Of a DNA stretch of 64,000 nucleotides, positions 1 to 9,293 are shown one piece after another (the first letter of the stretch is position 1; every line of letters starts with the position of its first letter). The DNA is taken from the NCBI GenBank assembly GCA_963699165.1, contig OY969413.1, positions 532,562 through 596,561 on the forward strand, written 5' to 3'. The notes under the pieces are model-generated. The model searched no databases. It was not told where the DNA came from and worked only from the letters and a program-made list of their open reading frames with translations. The translations under genes were made by a program, and so were the position numbers. The DNA is from Candidatus Kaiserbacteria bacterium. GTDB taxonomy: Bacteria > Patescibacteriota > Minisyncoccia > Phycocordibacterales > Phycocordibacteraceae.

Positions 1-922
1 CGATGACATTGCTCATAAAGCCGATCATGATAATCGGGAAAATGAGAATGAGCAGGTAGCTGTTGAATGCGGCAAAGTTGCCCAAACTCAAAGTTCCGCC
101 GATGACATAGCGTCCGCCGAGAAGCAGAATCGTGAGCGTCGCGAGCTCGGTTATGAAAAAGAGAACCGGCAAAAGCGCGGCAAAAAGGCGCAGAATGCTG
201 AAACCGATTTTCTGCGCCTCTTCATTGGCCGCCAAGAATTTTTTATACTCGGAGTCCCGTGCATATAAAAGACGGATAAGGCCTGCGCCCAAAATATTTT
301 CGGTGATGACTTTGTTAAGCCAATCGATGGCCTCCTGTGACTTTGTGAAAAAAGACCGCACGCGAAGAAGGAATCCGGCAAACGTGCCCGCAATGAGCGG
401 AACCATCACCAAGACCGCAAGGGCGAGCTTCCAGTCGATGAAAAGCAGAAGCACGCTCGCGCCGATGATGACAAAAATCGACGAGACGATTGTCGCGACC
501 GCCTGCGACACAAAGCTTTTTACGGCATCGACGTCGGAGGTGAGATTGGTGAGCAATTTCGACGGCGTAACTTCTTCAATATAGGAATAGTCCTGTCCGG
601 AAATCTTCGCGGTAAGCCGGACGCGCAAATCGCGGGCCACCCTTTCGGAGGTGTACGTCTGCAAAACCCCCTGCAGATAGCCGATGAGGAAAACGCTGAA
701 TACTATCGCAAAAAATTCTTCACCGATGAGCGTCAAATTAAACGCGCCCTGCGAGTACGTGTCGATAGCGCTCGAAATAATTTTCGGCACGATTAAGCTC
801 AGCGCATTGCTCCCGATGGTAAGCACGATGAGTACGCCCACCAAAAAAGCATAGGGTTTCAAAAGCCCGAAGAGATTTGCCTGCACGGCCGCCGGTGCGG
901 TTGTTTCGCTTTCTTTTTCCAT
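1..922 (-). CDS. ABC exporter, fused permease/ATP-binding protein (N-terminal TM domain; runs off window edge)
   Basis: ATG at 922 (MEKESETTAPAAVQANLFGLLKPY...), multiple TM helices, LLTNLTSDVDAVK and GTLSLG segments typical of ABC TM type-1 domains; absent from ORF track because it is partial. Confidence 0.8.
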   Translation of the reverse strand, partial: MEKESETTAPAAVQANLFGLLKPYAFLVGVLIVLTIGSNALSLIVPKIISSAIDTYSQGAFNLTLIGEEFFAIVFSVFLIGYLQGVLQTYTSERVARDLRVRLTAKISGQDYSYIEEVTPSKLLTNLTSDVDAVKSFVSQAVATIVSSIFVIIGASVLLLFIDWKLALAVLVMVPLIAGTFAGFLLRVRSFFTKSQEAIDWLNKVITENILGAGLIRLLYARDSEYKKFLAANEEAQKIGFSILRLFAALLPVLFFITELATLTILLLGGRYVIGGTLSLGNFAAFNSYLLILIFPIIMIGFMSNVI

Positions 923-1007
923 TGTATGTGCCGCCTAAGTAAGCCGTTTGATGCTAACACGAATTCCATGAACTCACCGTGGGGACTGTATTGCGTATAA
1001 AAATGAG

Positions 1008-1035
1008 CTCGCCGCGGTTTCCAAGCCGCGGCGAG
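1008..1035 (-). terminator. GC-rich hairpin downstream of PhoH-family gene
   Basis: ctcgccgcgg-tttccaag-ccgcggcgag inverted repeat just past the stop at 1052. Confidence 0.5.
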
Positions 1036-1051
1036 ATGACTGATGTATGTG

Positions 1052-2056
1052 CTAGAGGTACTTGTTCCCAAAGTCTGCGACTTCGGAGCGCTCGCAGTGC
1101 TTCAGAGTCAGTGCGGCTCCACGAGGGAAGTGCTTGATGGTGTTTCCAAGGTGGGTCAATCCTGAAGTCGTCGCATCGAGATCTTTGTTGTCGATTTGGT
1201 CAAGATTTCCGAGGAAGATCATCTTCGTGTTGAAACCAGCTCGCGTCACGACGCTCTTCATCAGCTTTGGCGACAGATTTTGCGCCTCGTCTACGATGAA
1301 GAAGTAGCCGCTCGGAGAACTCCCTCGGGCGAAAGCAAGCGCCCGCGGCTCGATGATTTCCTCAAGATCCCCTTGTCCGCAATACTTCGAGAGTTCCTTG
1401 AGATTGTCCCAGATGCACCTCAACCAGGCGTGAAGCTTTTCTGCTTCGGTGCCCGGGAGAGAGCCGGGGTCGGTGTCCATGGCCTGCAAAGATCTGGTCA
1501 CGATGATTTGGCTATAGCACCCGATTGTTTTGATCTGATGCATCGCCGCCGCCAAGGTCAGCAATGTCTTGCCCGTCCCGGCGACACCGGCAAGACTAAC
1601 GAGATGAACTTCCGGATCCAGCAACAGGTTCAGAGCGATCGACTGTTCGAGATTTCGGGCCTTGAAATCGCCGCAAATCTTGTTCGCCTTCTTCCGATAA
1701 TCCCGAATGCTCTCGAAAGTTACCGCGTCGCCATTGATTGCCCGAACAGTAGCAACAATTGAGTCGCCGTTTTGTTGAGGCAGAACAAGCGCCTGATTCG
1801 GTACGACACCTTTGAGTGCCGGACCAGACATCGTGTAGCTTGCGCGACTGTGGGCGTCGGTGTCGGACGATTCGAGAATTCGATGCGTTTCCCAGAAGTT
1901 GTCAGGCAGATGGAGAATACCGCTCGGCAGTCGATCGTTGTCATTACTTTGAGTCCCATTGCAACCGTTGAGTCGCGCGTGATCAAGATTCCCTCCGCCA
2001 TTTTGCCGGTCGAAAGGAACTGCAGTGACAAGCGAGTCTTTCCGCGAGCCATTCAT
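1052..2056 (-). CDS. PhoH-family ATPase
   Basis: ARNLEQ, Walker A GVAGTGKT, IVDEAQN, LGNLDQID and RSEVA motifs. Confidence 0.85.
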   Translation of the reverse strand: MNGSRKDSLVTAVPFDRQNGGGNLDHARLNGCNGTQSNDNDRLPSGILHLPDNFWETHRILESSDTDAHSRASYTMSGPALKGVVPNQALVLPQQNGDSIVATVRAINGDAVTFESIRDYRKKANKICGDFKARNLEQSIALNLLLDPEVHLVSLAGVAGTGKTLLTLAAAMHQIKTIGCYSQIIVTRSLQAMDTDPGSLPGTEAEKLHAWLRCIWDNLKELSKYCGQGDLEEIIEPRALAFARGSSPSGYFFIVDEAQNLSPKLMKSVVTRAGFNTKMIFLGNLDQIDNKDLDATTSGLTHLGNTIKHFPRGAALTLKHCERSEVADFGNKYL

Positions 2057-2250
2057 CGTATACGTTGTGGAGATGAGAATTCCCTCCTTATGGAATTACA
2101 AACCCTGTAAAGAACAAGGCGCTGCCGAAACCATACCCAATAAATCCGCCGCGCACAACATCCTTGACTGCGCTTCTAAAACTTTGGTAATCCGCACCAG
2201 CCGCGCACAAAAACGCTCGCGATGTTTGCTATACTTTTGTCAAAGCACCT

Positions 2251-2727
2251 ATGGAGGCGGAAACAATAACCAACGCACCGGCAGTCGGCGGCAGCACGCT
2301 CGAAGCATTCTTTTTTTGGTATGCATTTGTGGCGCCGCGGACGATTCTTCGCATCTGGAAGAACTATCTCGACGCAAATCTCAATTATTTTTCGATTCCT
2401 CTTTTGCTTCGCACCCTTCTCTACCCATGGCATCGCGATACGGAAAATTATGACGGACCGTTTGACCTCACCGGGTCCGCGCGCGCCATCGTCGTAAACG
2501 TGATGTCGAGCGTTGTCGGATGCATCATCCGCTCCGTCACTATCGTCATCGGGCTCATTGCGGAGTCCGTCATATTTTTACTCGGTCCCGCGGCCATCGT
2601 GCTCTGGTTTGCAACGCCGTTTCTTCTCCTTGCGGGATTTGCGTCTTATCCCGCGTCAACCTTTATGATGCCGCAGATTCCTCAGGTGCATCTGCCGGAT
2701 GTGCATAAATATCAGCTTCACCCATGA
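2251..2727 (+). CDS. Membrane protein coupled to the Clp ATPase
   Basis: Hydrophobic helices; stop overlaps next start (ATGA). Confidence 0.7.
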   Translation: MEAETITNAPAVGGSTLEAFFFWYAFVAPRTILRIWKNYLDANLNYFSIPLLLRTLLYPWHRDTENYDGPFDLTGSARAIVVNVMSSVVGCIIRSVTIVIGLIAESVIFLLGPAAIVLWFATPFLLLAGFASYPASTFMMPQIPQVHLPDVHKYQLHP

Positions 2728-5162
2728 GCTACCTCGAACCAAGGAAGCCCCGTTTGTATCGCGCGGTCATAACGGCGGCCGTGTTCCCGACGCCTGTCGC
2801 GCGAATGGTCGCGCGCATTAGCGCAATCGTCGCGCTTCTTTTTTTCGTGCTTTGGTTTTTCAGAGTGTCGTCCGCACCCACGTGGACATTGGCAGTGACT
2901 GCGGCGGCGGTGGCGTACCTTTCGAAGCTCTATGATTTTTTCATCAGGACGTATCTTTCATCCGGACCAACCCCTGCCGCAGGCGAGGAGAATCTCGCCG
3001 AGTATCTCGACTATGAGGCGCTTCGCATCGTGAACGCTTCGGTTCTGAAAGAACCGACCGCTCTCCTTTTGCCGATGATTTCGGCTCCCGGCATGGGGTA
3101 TGTGCTTGCGCGGCTTGGAACGGTGCCGCAGAACTTCAAGCATGATGTACAGGCGTATCTGCAAAAACCGGTCGGACCGTCAAATCCGGATGCGCTCTCC
3201 CAATTCATTTACGCGTGCCTGAGCAAAGAAGGCGGCTCGAGAATCCTCTCCTGGCAGGACCTTTTTCTCGGGCTTTGCGTCGAGTCGCCGTTTTTAAAGC
3301 AATTTATTCTCGACCGCAAGCTCGACGTCAAGGAAATCGCTCTTCTGCTTGATTGGGAAAAGGAAATCGCGGAGCGCGAAGAAACACGGAGCGCTTTTTG
3401 GCGGCGCGAAAACCTCATGCGTACGCGGAGCATCGGACAATCGTGGTCGTCGGGCTACACGCCGCACCTTGAACAATATGCGGCCGACGTCGGTTTCGGC
3501 GACGCGGACTCCCCGCGCCTCTACGGACGGCAGGTCGAAACGGAAGCGATTGAGCGCGTGCTTGCGCGCGACGGAAGAAACAACGTGATTCTCGTCGGAG
3601 AACCGGGCGTCGGCAAGAAAGTCGTCGTGACCACGCTTGCGCAGCGGATTGCGCTCGGCGAGACGCTTCCCGCGCTCGCCCACAAGCGCGTGCTAAATCT
3701 TGAAGTGAGCACGCTTGCAAACGGCGTGAAAAGCAATCATGAACTTGAAGCGCGCCTGCAAACCCTTTTGAACGAAGCGGTTATGGCGGGAAATATCATA
3801 CTTTTCATAGACAACATTCACACGCTATTCAGCACCACGGAAGCCGCGGGCGCTCTCGATGCGACCGCCGTCCTTCTTCCCTTCCTCAACTCGGCTCATT
3901 TGCAAGTCATCGGCCTCACGACGCACGAAGGATTCCATGAAATGATTGCGAAACACCCCGAGCTCACGCATCTTTTCGAGAAAGTCGAGGCACACGAGCC
4001 GACGAAAGAGGAAGCGTATGCGATTTTGCGCGACGCCGTGCCGCACATCGAGGCGCACGACAAAGTGTGGATTCCTTTCCAAGCGATTTCCGCGGCTGTC
4101 GAGCTTTCCGACCGCTACATCAAAAATATGCCCTTCCCGGAAAAGGCGATTGACCTACTTCAGGAAGCGGCGGTTTTTGCAAGCACAAAAGCGAACAGTT
4201 CGGTCGTGACGGAGGAGCATATCGAAGCGGTCGTCCACCAGAAGACCGCGATTCCTGTCGGGCAGGTGAATGCGGACGAGCGCCAGATTCTTCTTCAGCT
4301 TGAGGACTCGCTTCACGCGCGGGTCATCGGCCAGGACGAGGCGATTACCACCATTTCAAATGCTTTGCGCCGCGTGCGTTCGGGACTCTCGTCCGCAAAA
4401 CGGCCTATCGGCAGTTTCCTTTTCCTTGGACCGACCGGCGTCGGAAAAACGGAGACCGCGAAAGCGCTCGCCGCGATTTACTTCGGTTCCGAGGAGCGCA
4501 TGATTCGCTTCGATATGTCGGAGTACCAGCAGGCGGATTCGGTCGAGCGTCTCATCGGCGGCGCTTCGGGAAGGGGCATTCTCACGACCGCGATAATGGA
4601 CAATCCGTTTTCGCTCGTGCTTCTCGACGAACTTGAAAAAGCCGAGCCAAATATTCTAAACATTTTCCTGCAGGTGCTTGACGATGGACGGCTCACCGAT
4701 GCGCTTGGGCGCACCGTCGACTTTACCAATACGCTCATTCTCGCCACTTCAAATGCGGGCGCGGAGCTCATCCGCGAGTCGGTCGGAAGCGGAGAAACCG
4801 AAGCGGCGCTCAAGGAGCGCATTCTCGACGCGATTCAGAAAGAAGGCATTTTCCATCCAGAATTTCTCAATCGTTTCGACGCCATCATTATGTTTAAGCC
4901 GCTCACGGAATCGGAAGTCGGACAAGTCGCAAAGCTCTTTATCGACGATTTGAATCGCCGGCTCGAAGAGAAAAGCATCACGGTCGTCGCCGATGCGGCC
5001 GTTTTGCAAAAACTCGCAAGCGAAGGATTCGACAAAGAATTCGGCGCCCGGCCGCTCCGCCACCTTGTGCAGGAGAAAGTGGAAAATCTAGTCGCAAAGA
5101 AGCTTCTGTCGGGCGAGCTCGCGAGCGGCCAAACGCTCGTCCTCACGCCCGAAGAGATTTAA
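2724..5162 (+). CDS. Clp/Hsp100 AAA+ ATPase with N-terminal TM segments
   Basis: NBD1 GEPGVGKK / LFIDNIH, NBD2 GPTGVGKT / LLDELEK, RFDMSEY, FLNRFD, GARPLR; two hydrophobic helices in first ~75 aa. Confidence 0.9.
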   Translation: MSYLEPRKPRLYRAVITAAVFPTPVARMVARISAIVALLFFVLWFFRVSSAPTWTLAVTAAAVAYLSKLYDFFIRTYLSSGPTPAAGEENLAEYLDYEALRIVNASVLKEPTALLLPMISAPGMGYVLARLGTVPQNFKHDVQAYLQKPVGPSNPDALSQFIYACLSKEGGSRILSWQDLFLGLCVESPFLKQFILDRKLDVKEIALLLDWEKEIAEREETRSAFWRRENLMRTRSIGQSWSSGYTPHLEQYAADVGFGDADSPRLYGRQVETEAIERVLARDGRNNVILVGEPGVGKKVVVTTLAQRIALGETLPALAHKRVLNLEVSTLANGVKSNHELEARLQTLLNEAVMAGNIILFIDNIHTLFSTTEAAGALDATAVLLPFLNSAHLQVIGLTTHEGFHEMIAKHPELTHLFEKVEAHEPTKEEAYAILRDAVPHIEAHDKVWIPFQAISAAVELSDRYIKNMPFPEKAIDLLQEAAVFASTKANSSVVTEEHIEAVVHQKTAIPVGQVNADERQILLQLEDSLHARVIGQDEAITTISNALRRVRSGLSSAKRPIGSFLFLGPTGVGKTETAKALAAIYFGSEERMIRFDMSEYQQADSVERLIGGASGRGILTTAIMDNPFSLVLLDELEKAEPNILNIFLQVLDDGRLTDALGRTVDFTNTLILATSNAGAELIRESVGSGETEAALKERILDAIQKEGIFHPEFLNRFDAIIMFKPLTESEVGQVAKLFIDDLNRRLEEKSITVVADAAVLQKLASEGFDKEFGARPLRHLVQEKVENLVAKKLLSGELASGQTLVLTPEEI

Positions 5163-5165
5163 GTT

Positions 5166-5468
5166 TTATTTCTCCCCTTTTAAAATAATTCGTTTTTCGA
5201 AACCGCCGCGTTCGTCGCGCTTTTCATTTTGCAGTTGTTCCACATTCGCATACTCCGGCAAGCGCTTGCGAGCGGAAATGACCTCGAACACATCAGCAAG
5301 TTTTTCGGGCGCACCCGCTTCGCCAAACTCCACGGCTTCCTCTGCAAGCTTTTTCATTAGCTCAACTTTGTATTCCTCGGGCGTTGCGATGCGCTTTTCA
5401 TACTGAACTCCCTTCTTGTCCAGAATTTCCGGAATGTTGTCCCGCACAAGTTTTTCGTATTTGGCCAT
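5166..5468 (-). CDS. MazG-like / phosphoribosyl-ATP pyrophosphohydrolase-family protein
   Basis: KLVRDNIP, KLAEEAVEF, LADVFEV, KRDERGGF motifs. Confidence 0.8.
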   Translation of the reverse strand: MAKYEKLVRDNIPEILDKKGVQYEKRIATPEEYKVELMKKLAEEAVEFGEAGAPEKLADVFEVISARKRLPEYANVEQLQNEKRDERGGFEKRIILKGEK

Positions 5469-5512
5469 GCGTGTAGCGTATCACGGCGCGAGCTCCGCTC
5501 GAGAGCGATGCG

Positions 5513-5866
5513 TTGACACAAACTGAACGGCTCTGTATACCTGTACCAGAAAGGAGCAAGTGCTTGGTGCATAAAAACGGACATCCCATCGACCTGCGGC
5601 GCGAATTCAATGTTATGGTCGAACGGTACGGCGACCCTCAGCAGGAACCCGCCGGACAAGACGAGCAGGTTGTTCTCCGCGAGCTTTCAGGACTTGTCTT
5701 CCACAAAGGCACGCGCTTCGAAGTAAAAGTAGTAGCGGTGTTCTTTCGGGAACGAGGAGCCGTGCAGAGTATCACATACTTAAACGCGGCACCTCCCGAC
5801 GGGGTGGAAATCGACGAATTCGCGGAGAGACACCGCGTCTGGAGAACCACCGACAGCGGTGGGTGA
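5513..5866 (+). CDS. Hypothetical protein
   Basis: 117-aa ORF followed by a hairpin terminator. Confidence 0.45.
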   Translation: MTQTERLCIPVPERSKCLVHKNGHPIDLRREFNVMVERYGDPQQEPAGQDEQVVLRELSGLVFHKGTRFEVKVVAVFFRERGAVQSITYLNAAPPDGVEIDEFAERHRVWRTTDSGG

Positions 5867-5877
5867 ACATTCTTTTT

Positions 5878-5899
5878 GCCCGGCGGATTACCGCCGGGC
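5878..5899 (+). terminator. Rho-independent terminator-like hairpin
   Basis: gcccggcgg-atta-ccgccgggc with nearby T run. Confidence 0.55.
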
Positions 5900-5980
5900 T
5901 GATGCTTTTTAACCCCGCCACGAACTGCTTCTGGACAATATGAAAAATGTGGATATACTCTCAAAAGTTCACTTTGAACC

Positions 5981-6298
5981 TTGGAGGTTTCCGTGACTCT
6001 TACTGTTAAATTACATCTTCCCGATATCCCGGTCTGGTGGTACGAAGTCCCATGGTCGCACCTGCTCGCCGAGGCAAAGCCGTTTCCCGGAGAGGACGAG
6101 GAATTTGCGGTGCGCGACCACGTCACAAATGTTCTCGGTGGATGCAAGCTCCGCATCCGAGAGGACTTCGTCATCGTCCGCACCGAAGAGGGGTTTCTTC
6201 TGAAGTTCTTCAGCCGGGACGGCGCCCGCTCTAGCGCAAACGCGCTTAATCTCCATTTGTCGTCGACCTTGCCGCAGGTCGAAAGTTCCGTCGCCTAG
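5981..6298 (+). CDS. Hypothetical protein
   Basis: 105-aa ORF after a TGGACA...TATACT promoter-like motif, followed by hairpin ~6328-6356; start uncertain. Confidence 0.45.
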   Translation: MEVSVTLTVKLHLPDIPVWWYEVPWSHLLAEAKPFPGEDEEFAVRDHVTNVLGGCKLRIREDFVIVRTEEGFLLKFFSRDGARSSANALNLHLSSTLPQVESSVA

Positions 6299-6371
6299 AC
6301 GCGAACGCCGGCACACAGAGAGACCAAGAGCCGCTCCATGGATGGGGCGGCTCCTTTAATTAAAATGTTCG

Positions 6372-6707
6372 CTAATACAACCGGCCGCCGATTACCGCAC
6401 CTTCCTTGTCCGGAACCGCGAGAATCACTTTGCCGTTTGCATCCGCAACGCCGAGCGTCAGCACTTCGGATTCAAACGGGCCGATTTTGCGCGGCGGGAA
6501 ATTCACGACGCCGAGCACGATTTTTCCGAGCAAATCCGCCTTTTCGTACCGCTCGGTAATTTGCGCCGAGGAATTTTTCACGCCGACTTCCGGTCCAAAA
6601 TCAATGCGCAGCTTATACGCCGGCTTGCGCGCCTCCGGAAAATCCCGCACATCGAGAATTTTCCCGACTCGAATATCGAGATGCTGAAAATCCTCGATCG
6701 TAGCCAT
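6372..6707 (-). CDS. csaA: tRNA-binding protein / CsaA secretion chaperone
   Basis: LDIRVG, ARKPAYKL, SSAQIT, VVNFPPRKIG, SEVLTLG; start reassigned to MATIEDF. Confidence 0.85.
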   Translation of the reverse strand: MATIEDFQHLDIRVGKILDVRDFPEARKPAYKLRIDFGPEVGVKNSSAQITERYEKADLLGKIVLGVVNFPPRKIGPFESEVLTLGVADANGKVILAVPDKEGAVIGGRLY

Positions 6708-6709
6708 CG

Positions 6710-7324
6710 TTAGTACGTATTCGAGAACACAATGCTGCTCGGAGGCGTGAAGAGGCCCGTCTTTTCTCCCCACGGATTGCAGGCGAAAGAAATGTTGGCC
6801 TCAGGATCAAAGCCGCCTCGGGTCGCGATAGCGCTTCCGTTTCCACTCGGCGCCGCAAGCAGTTTGAGTCCTTTTGTCGCGCCGTTCGTCCATACATATA
6901 GGTATGAACCGTCGTCAATCATCGTCGTATTTATTGTCCCCGCACTTGTCGAGGTCGTAAGATCGGCGCGCGTTTCGCCCTCGGCAATATAGAGCATGCC
7001 CGAACGCTTTGTGCCGGATGTCGTCTTTACGCTGCAGACCAATGCTTCTTTCAATCCCAAAAGATACGCGAGAGTATTTACGCCCATGACTTTCGGAGGA
7101 ATGACCGGTTCGGCTGCGGGCGGCGCTGCCGTCGTACCGACGTTATTTGTGCCGTGTGTTACGGGAATCGGCAGCGTCGTTTGCTGTGTCGACGTGCCAA
7201 CCGACGGCGTTGTCGTCGCGACCGTTACCTGCCCGCTTCCCTTCTCCTGACCCGAATAGAAATACCACGCACCGCACAGAACTATCACTATTGCGACCAG
7301 CCCCGCGATTATTTTGTTGTCCAT
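6710..7324 (-). CDS. Membrane-anchored hypothetical protein
   Basis: N-terminal TM helix, Thr/Pro-rich linker, beta-rich domain with two Cys. Confidence 0.7.
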   Translation of the reverse strand: MDNKIIAGLVAIVIVLCGAWYFYSGQEKGSGQVTVATTTPSVGTSTQQTTLPIPVTHGTNNVGTTAAPPAAEPVIPPKVMGVNTLAYLLGLKEALVCSVKTTSGTKRSGMLYIAEGETRADLTTSTSAGTINTTMIDDGSYLYVWTNGATKGLKLLAAPSGNGSAIATRGGFDPEANISFACNPWGEKTGLFTPPSSIVFSNTY

Positions 7325-7399
7325 GCGCTCAAGCATAGCACTGCCGTGTAGATGTCAATCTCTGGACAAAATGCCCATTTCTTTGTATAAAAATGCGAC

Positions 7400-8080
7400 C
7401 TACCACGGAAGTTTTTCGCCGTTGAACCAGAAAAATCCGCTTTCGGGTGACGTAACGGCGAATTCCGAAATATTTTTTGCCGCTTCTTCCGGCGTGATAT
7501 CCGCTTCCTCGCCGCCGATATCGGTCTTTACCCAGCCGGGATGCACCGACGACACGATAAGACCACTTCCGCCTTTTTGAAGCCGGATGGCAAGCGTGCG
7601 CATATACATATTGAGCGCGGCTTTTGAGATTTTGTACGCGGGATAGTGGAGTGGGTAGTGGTCCAAAAGATGCCCCGTGCAGTCGAGCGAACCCGCGCGC
7701 GAAGAAATGAAAATGATATGCCCGTCGCTCGCCATATCGGAAAGAATCTTCTCGGTGAAGGCGGCGGTTCCGATGAGATTCACCTCAAGCGTCGCGCGAA
7801 GCTTTTCGGGAATCAAAGTCGTTTCTTCCTCGTCGAGCATTACGCCCGCATTATTTATGAGAATGTCGATATTCTTGTTCAGAGCTTGAATCGACTTTGC
7901 GCATGCGTCGATGCTTTCAACGGAAGAAAGGTCGAGCGGCACGACGGAGAGATTTTCATGCGCAAAATCCACGCTTCCCGTCTTGGATGTTCCAATCACA
8001 AAAAAACCTTTCTCAAGAAATGCCTGCGCAAGCGCCTTTCCAATCCCTCGGCTGATTCCCGTGATAAGTACGTTTTTCAT
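7400..8080 (-). CDS. SDR-family oxidoreductase
   Basis: TGISRGIG, NNAG, YKISK, HPGWVKT. Confidence 0.92.
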   Translation of the reverse strand: MKNVLITGISRGIGKALAQAFLEKGFFVIGTSKTGSVDFAHENLSVVPLDLSSVESIDACAKSIQALNKNIDILINNAGVMLDEEETTLIPEKLRATLEVNLIGTAAFTEKILSDMASDGHIIFISSRAGSLDCTGHLLDHYPLHYPAYKISKAALNMYMRTLAIRLQKGGSGLIVSSVHPGWVKTDIGGEEADITPEEAAKNISEFAVTSPESGFFWFNGEKLPW

Positions 8081-8138
8081 CGCTTCAAAGTATACAGCAC
8101 TGCAAACGATGTTCTTTATCGGGATTACGGCGAATCTT

Positions 8139-8798
8139 TTAGCCCAAATGCGAGTGGTCGTTGTAAATCCAAAAACGCCAGGTCGGTTCTTCTTCGAAAC
8201 CGCCGTGAAAACGCAACACCGAAATGCCCGTGTTTTCCATTGCCGCTATTCTTTGAAATCGCCTCAGGAGTTCTCCCGAGAGCAGGTCGCCCACAATCGT
8301 GCGCGCGACGATTGTCCGCAAAAAATATCCGTGCGTTACGACAACGAGCGATTTTTCGGGCCGCGCCGCCAAGTATTCGAGCGCCCTATCCGCGCGCGCA
8401 ACGTGGTCATCATAATTTTCTCCGTCGCCCGCCCGCATGCCGGTTATGTATAAACTCCTTTCCCACTCTCGCCAAAGCGCCGTCGCTTCTTTATCTTCGT
8501 ATGTCTTTCCGTTGACACTCGTCGGCTTCATACGCTCGACAAACAGGTCTGAAAATTCCGGCTCTTTCCCGGCCGCTTTTGCAATCACTTCGGCCGTTTG
8601 TTTCGCTCGCGGGTACGGACTTGAAATCAGCGCATCAAACGAAATTTTCGAAATGCGTTCGGCGATTCGCTCCGCCTGCTCCTTCCCTTTTTCGCTGAGC
8701 GGAGAATCCGGCGATTGAAAGACGGGGGTGATATTCCCGGTGCTTTGCCCGTGCCGGACAAAATAAACCATTTTCTCGATGTTTGATTCGTGTATCAT
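8139..8798 (-). CDS. Histidine phosphatase (phosphoglycerate mutase-like)
   Basis: RHGQS, SSPYPRA, VVTHG motifs. Confidence 0.9.
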   Translation of the reverse strand: MIHESNIEKMVYFVRHGQSTGNITPVFQSPDSPLSEKGKEQAERIAERISKISFDALISSPYPRAKQTAEVIAKAAGKEPEFSDLFVERMKPTSVNGKTYEDKEATALWREWERSLYITGMRAGDGENYDDHVARADRALEYLAARPEKSLVVVTHGYFLRTIVARTIVGDLLSGELLRRFQRIAAMENTGISVLRFHGGFEEEPTWRFWIYNDHSHLG

Positions 8799-8847
8799 CG
8801 ATTTGATTATACCCGAGCAATTCGCAGCACCGAACGCCGATTAAAAA

Positions 8848-9252
8848 TCAGGTCTCGAGATACCTATCGATAAGTTCTATGTCCCGTATGTCTTTCGTTC
8901 TGCCGGAGGCCTCTTTCCATTTCCGCACGTCATCAATCGACGCGAATTGTATGCCGTCGATTTCCACGGCGTTCACGAGCAAATCCTTCAGCGTCGGATT
9001 GTAGAAGCTGAAGTCCCAATTGTTGTGCGCTTCGAAAACGCCATGCGAAAGCGCTTTGTCGTTCGGACCCTTTTCGATTTCCTGCCAGCCCTTGTCTTTC
9101 AAGTCGTCATACACTTCTTGCGTTACCAGCAAATCAATATCGTTTGCTTCCCGCAGGCCGGCAACGGCGAGCGGGCTTCCTCCAAACACGACAAAGGAGC
9201 CAGCCGGGAGATCCAGTTCTTTTACCTTGGCAATAATCTCGTCTTTGGTCAT
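8848..9252 (-). CDS. Small nucleotidyltransferase-fold protein
   Basis: FGGS...NDIDL and GRTKDIRDI motifs. Confidence 0.6.
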   Translation of the reverse strand: MTKDEIIAKVKELDLPAGSFVVFGGSPLAVAGLREANDIDLLVTQEVYDDLKDKGWQEIEKGPNDKALSHGVFEAHNNWDFSFYNPTLKDLLVNAVEIDGIQFASIDDVRKWKEASGRTKDIRDIELIDRYLET

Positions 9253-9293
9253 CTAAAGAATAATCGCAGTTTATTGTTTAAAATCAAGCGCCG

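Noticed and set aside
2059-2090. Further ECF promoters at the PhoH gene and the DUF2231 gene (14978-15004)
   Set aside because: CGTATA is present but there is no GGAAC-like -35 at 16-nt spacing
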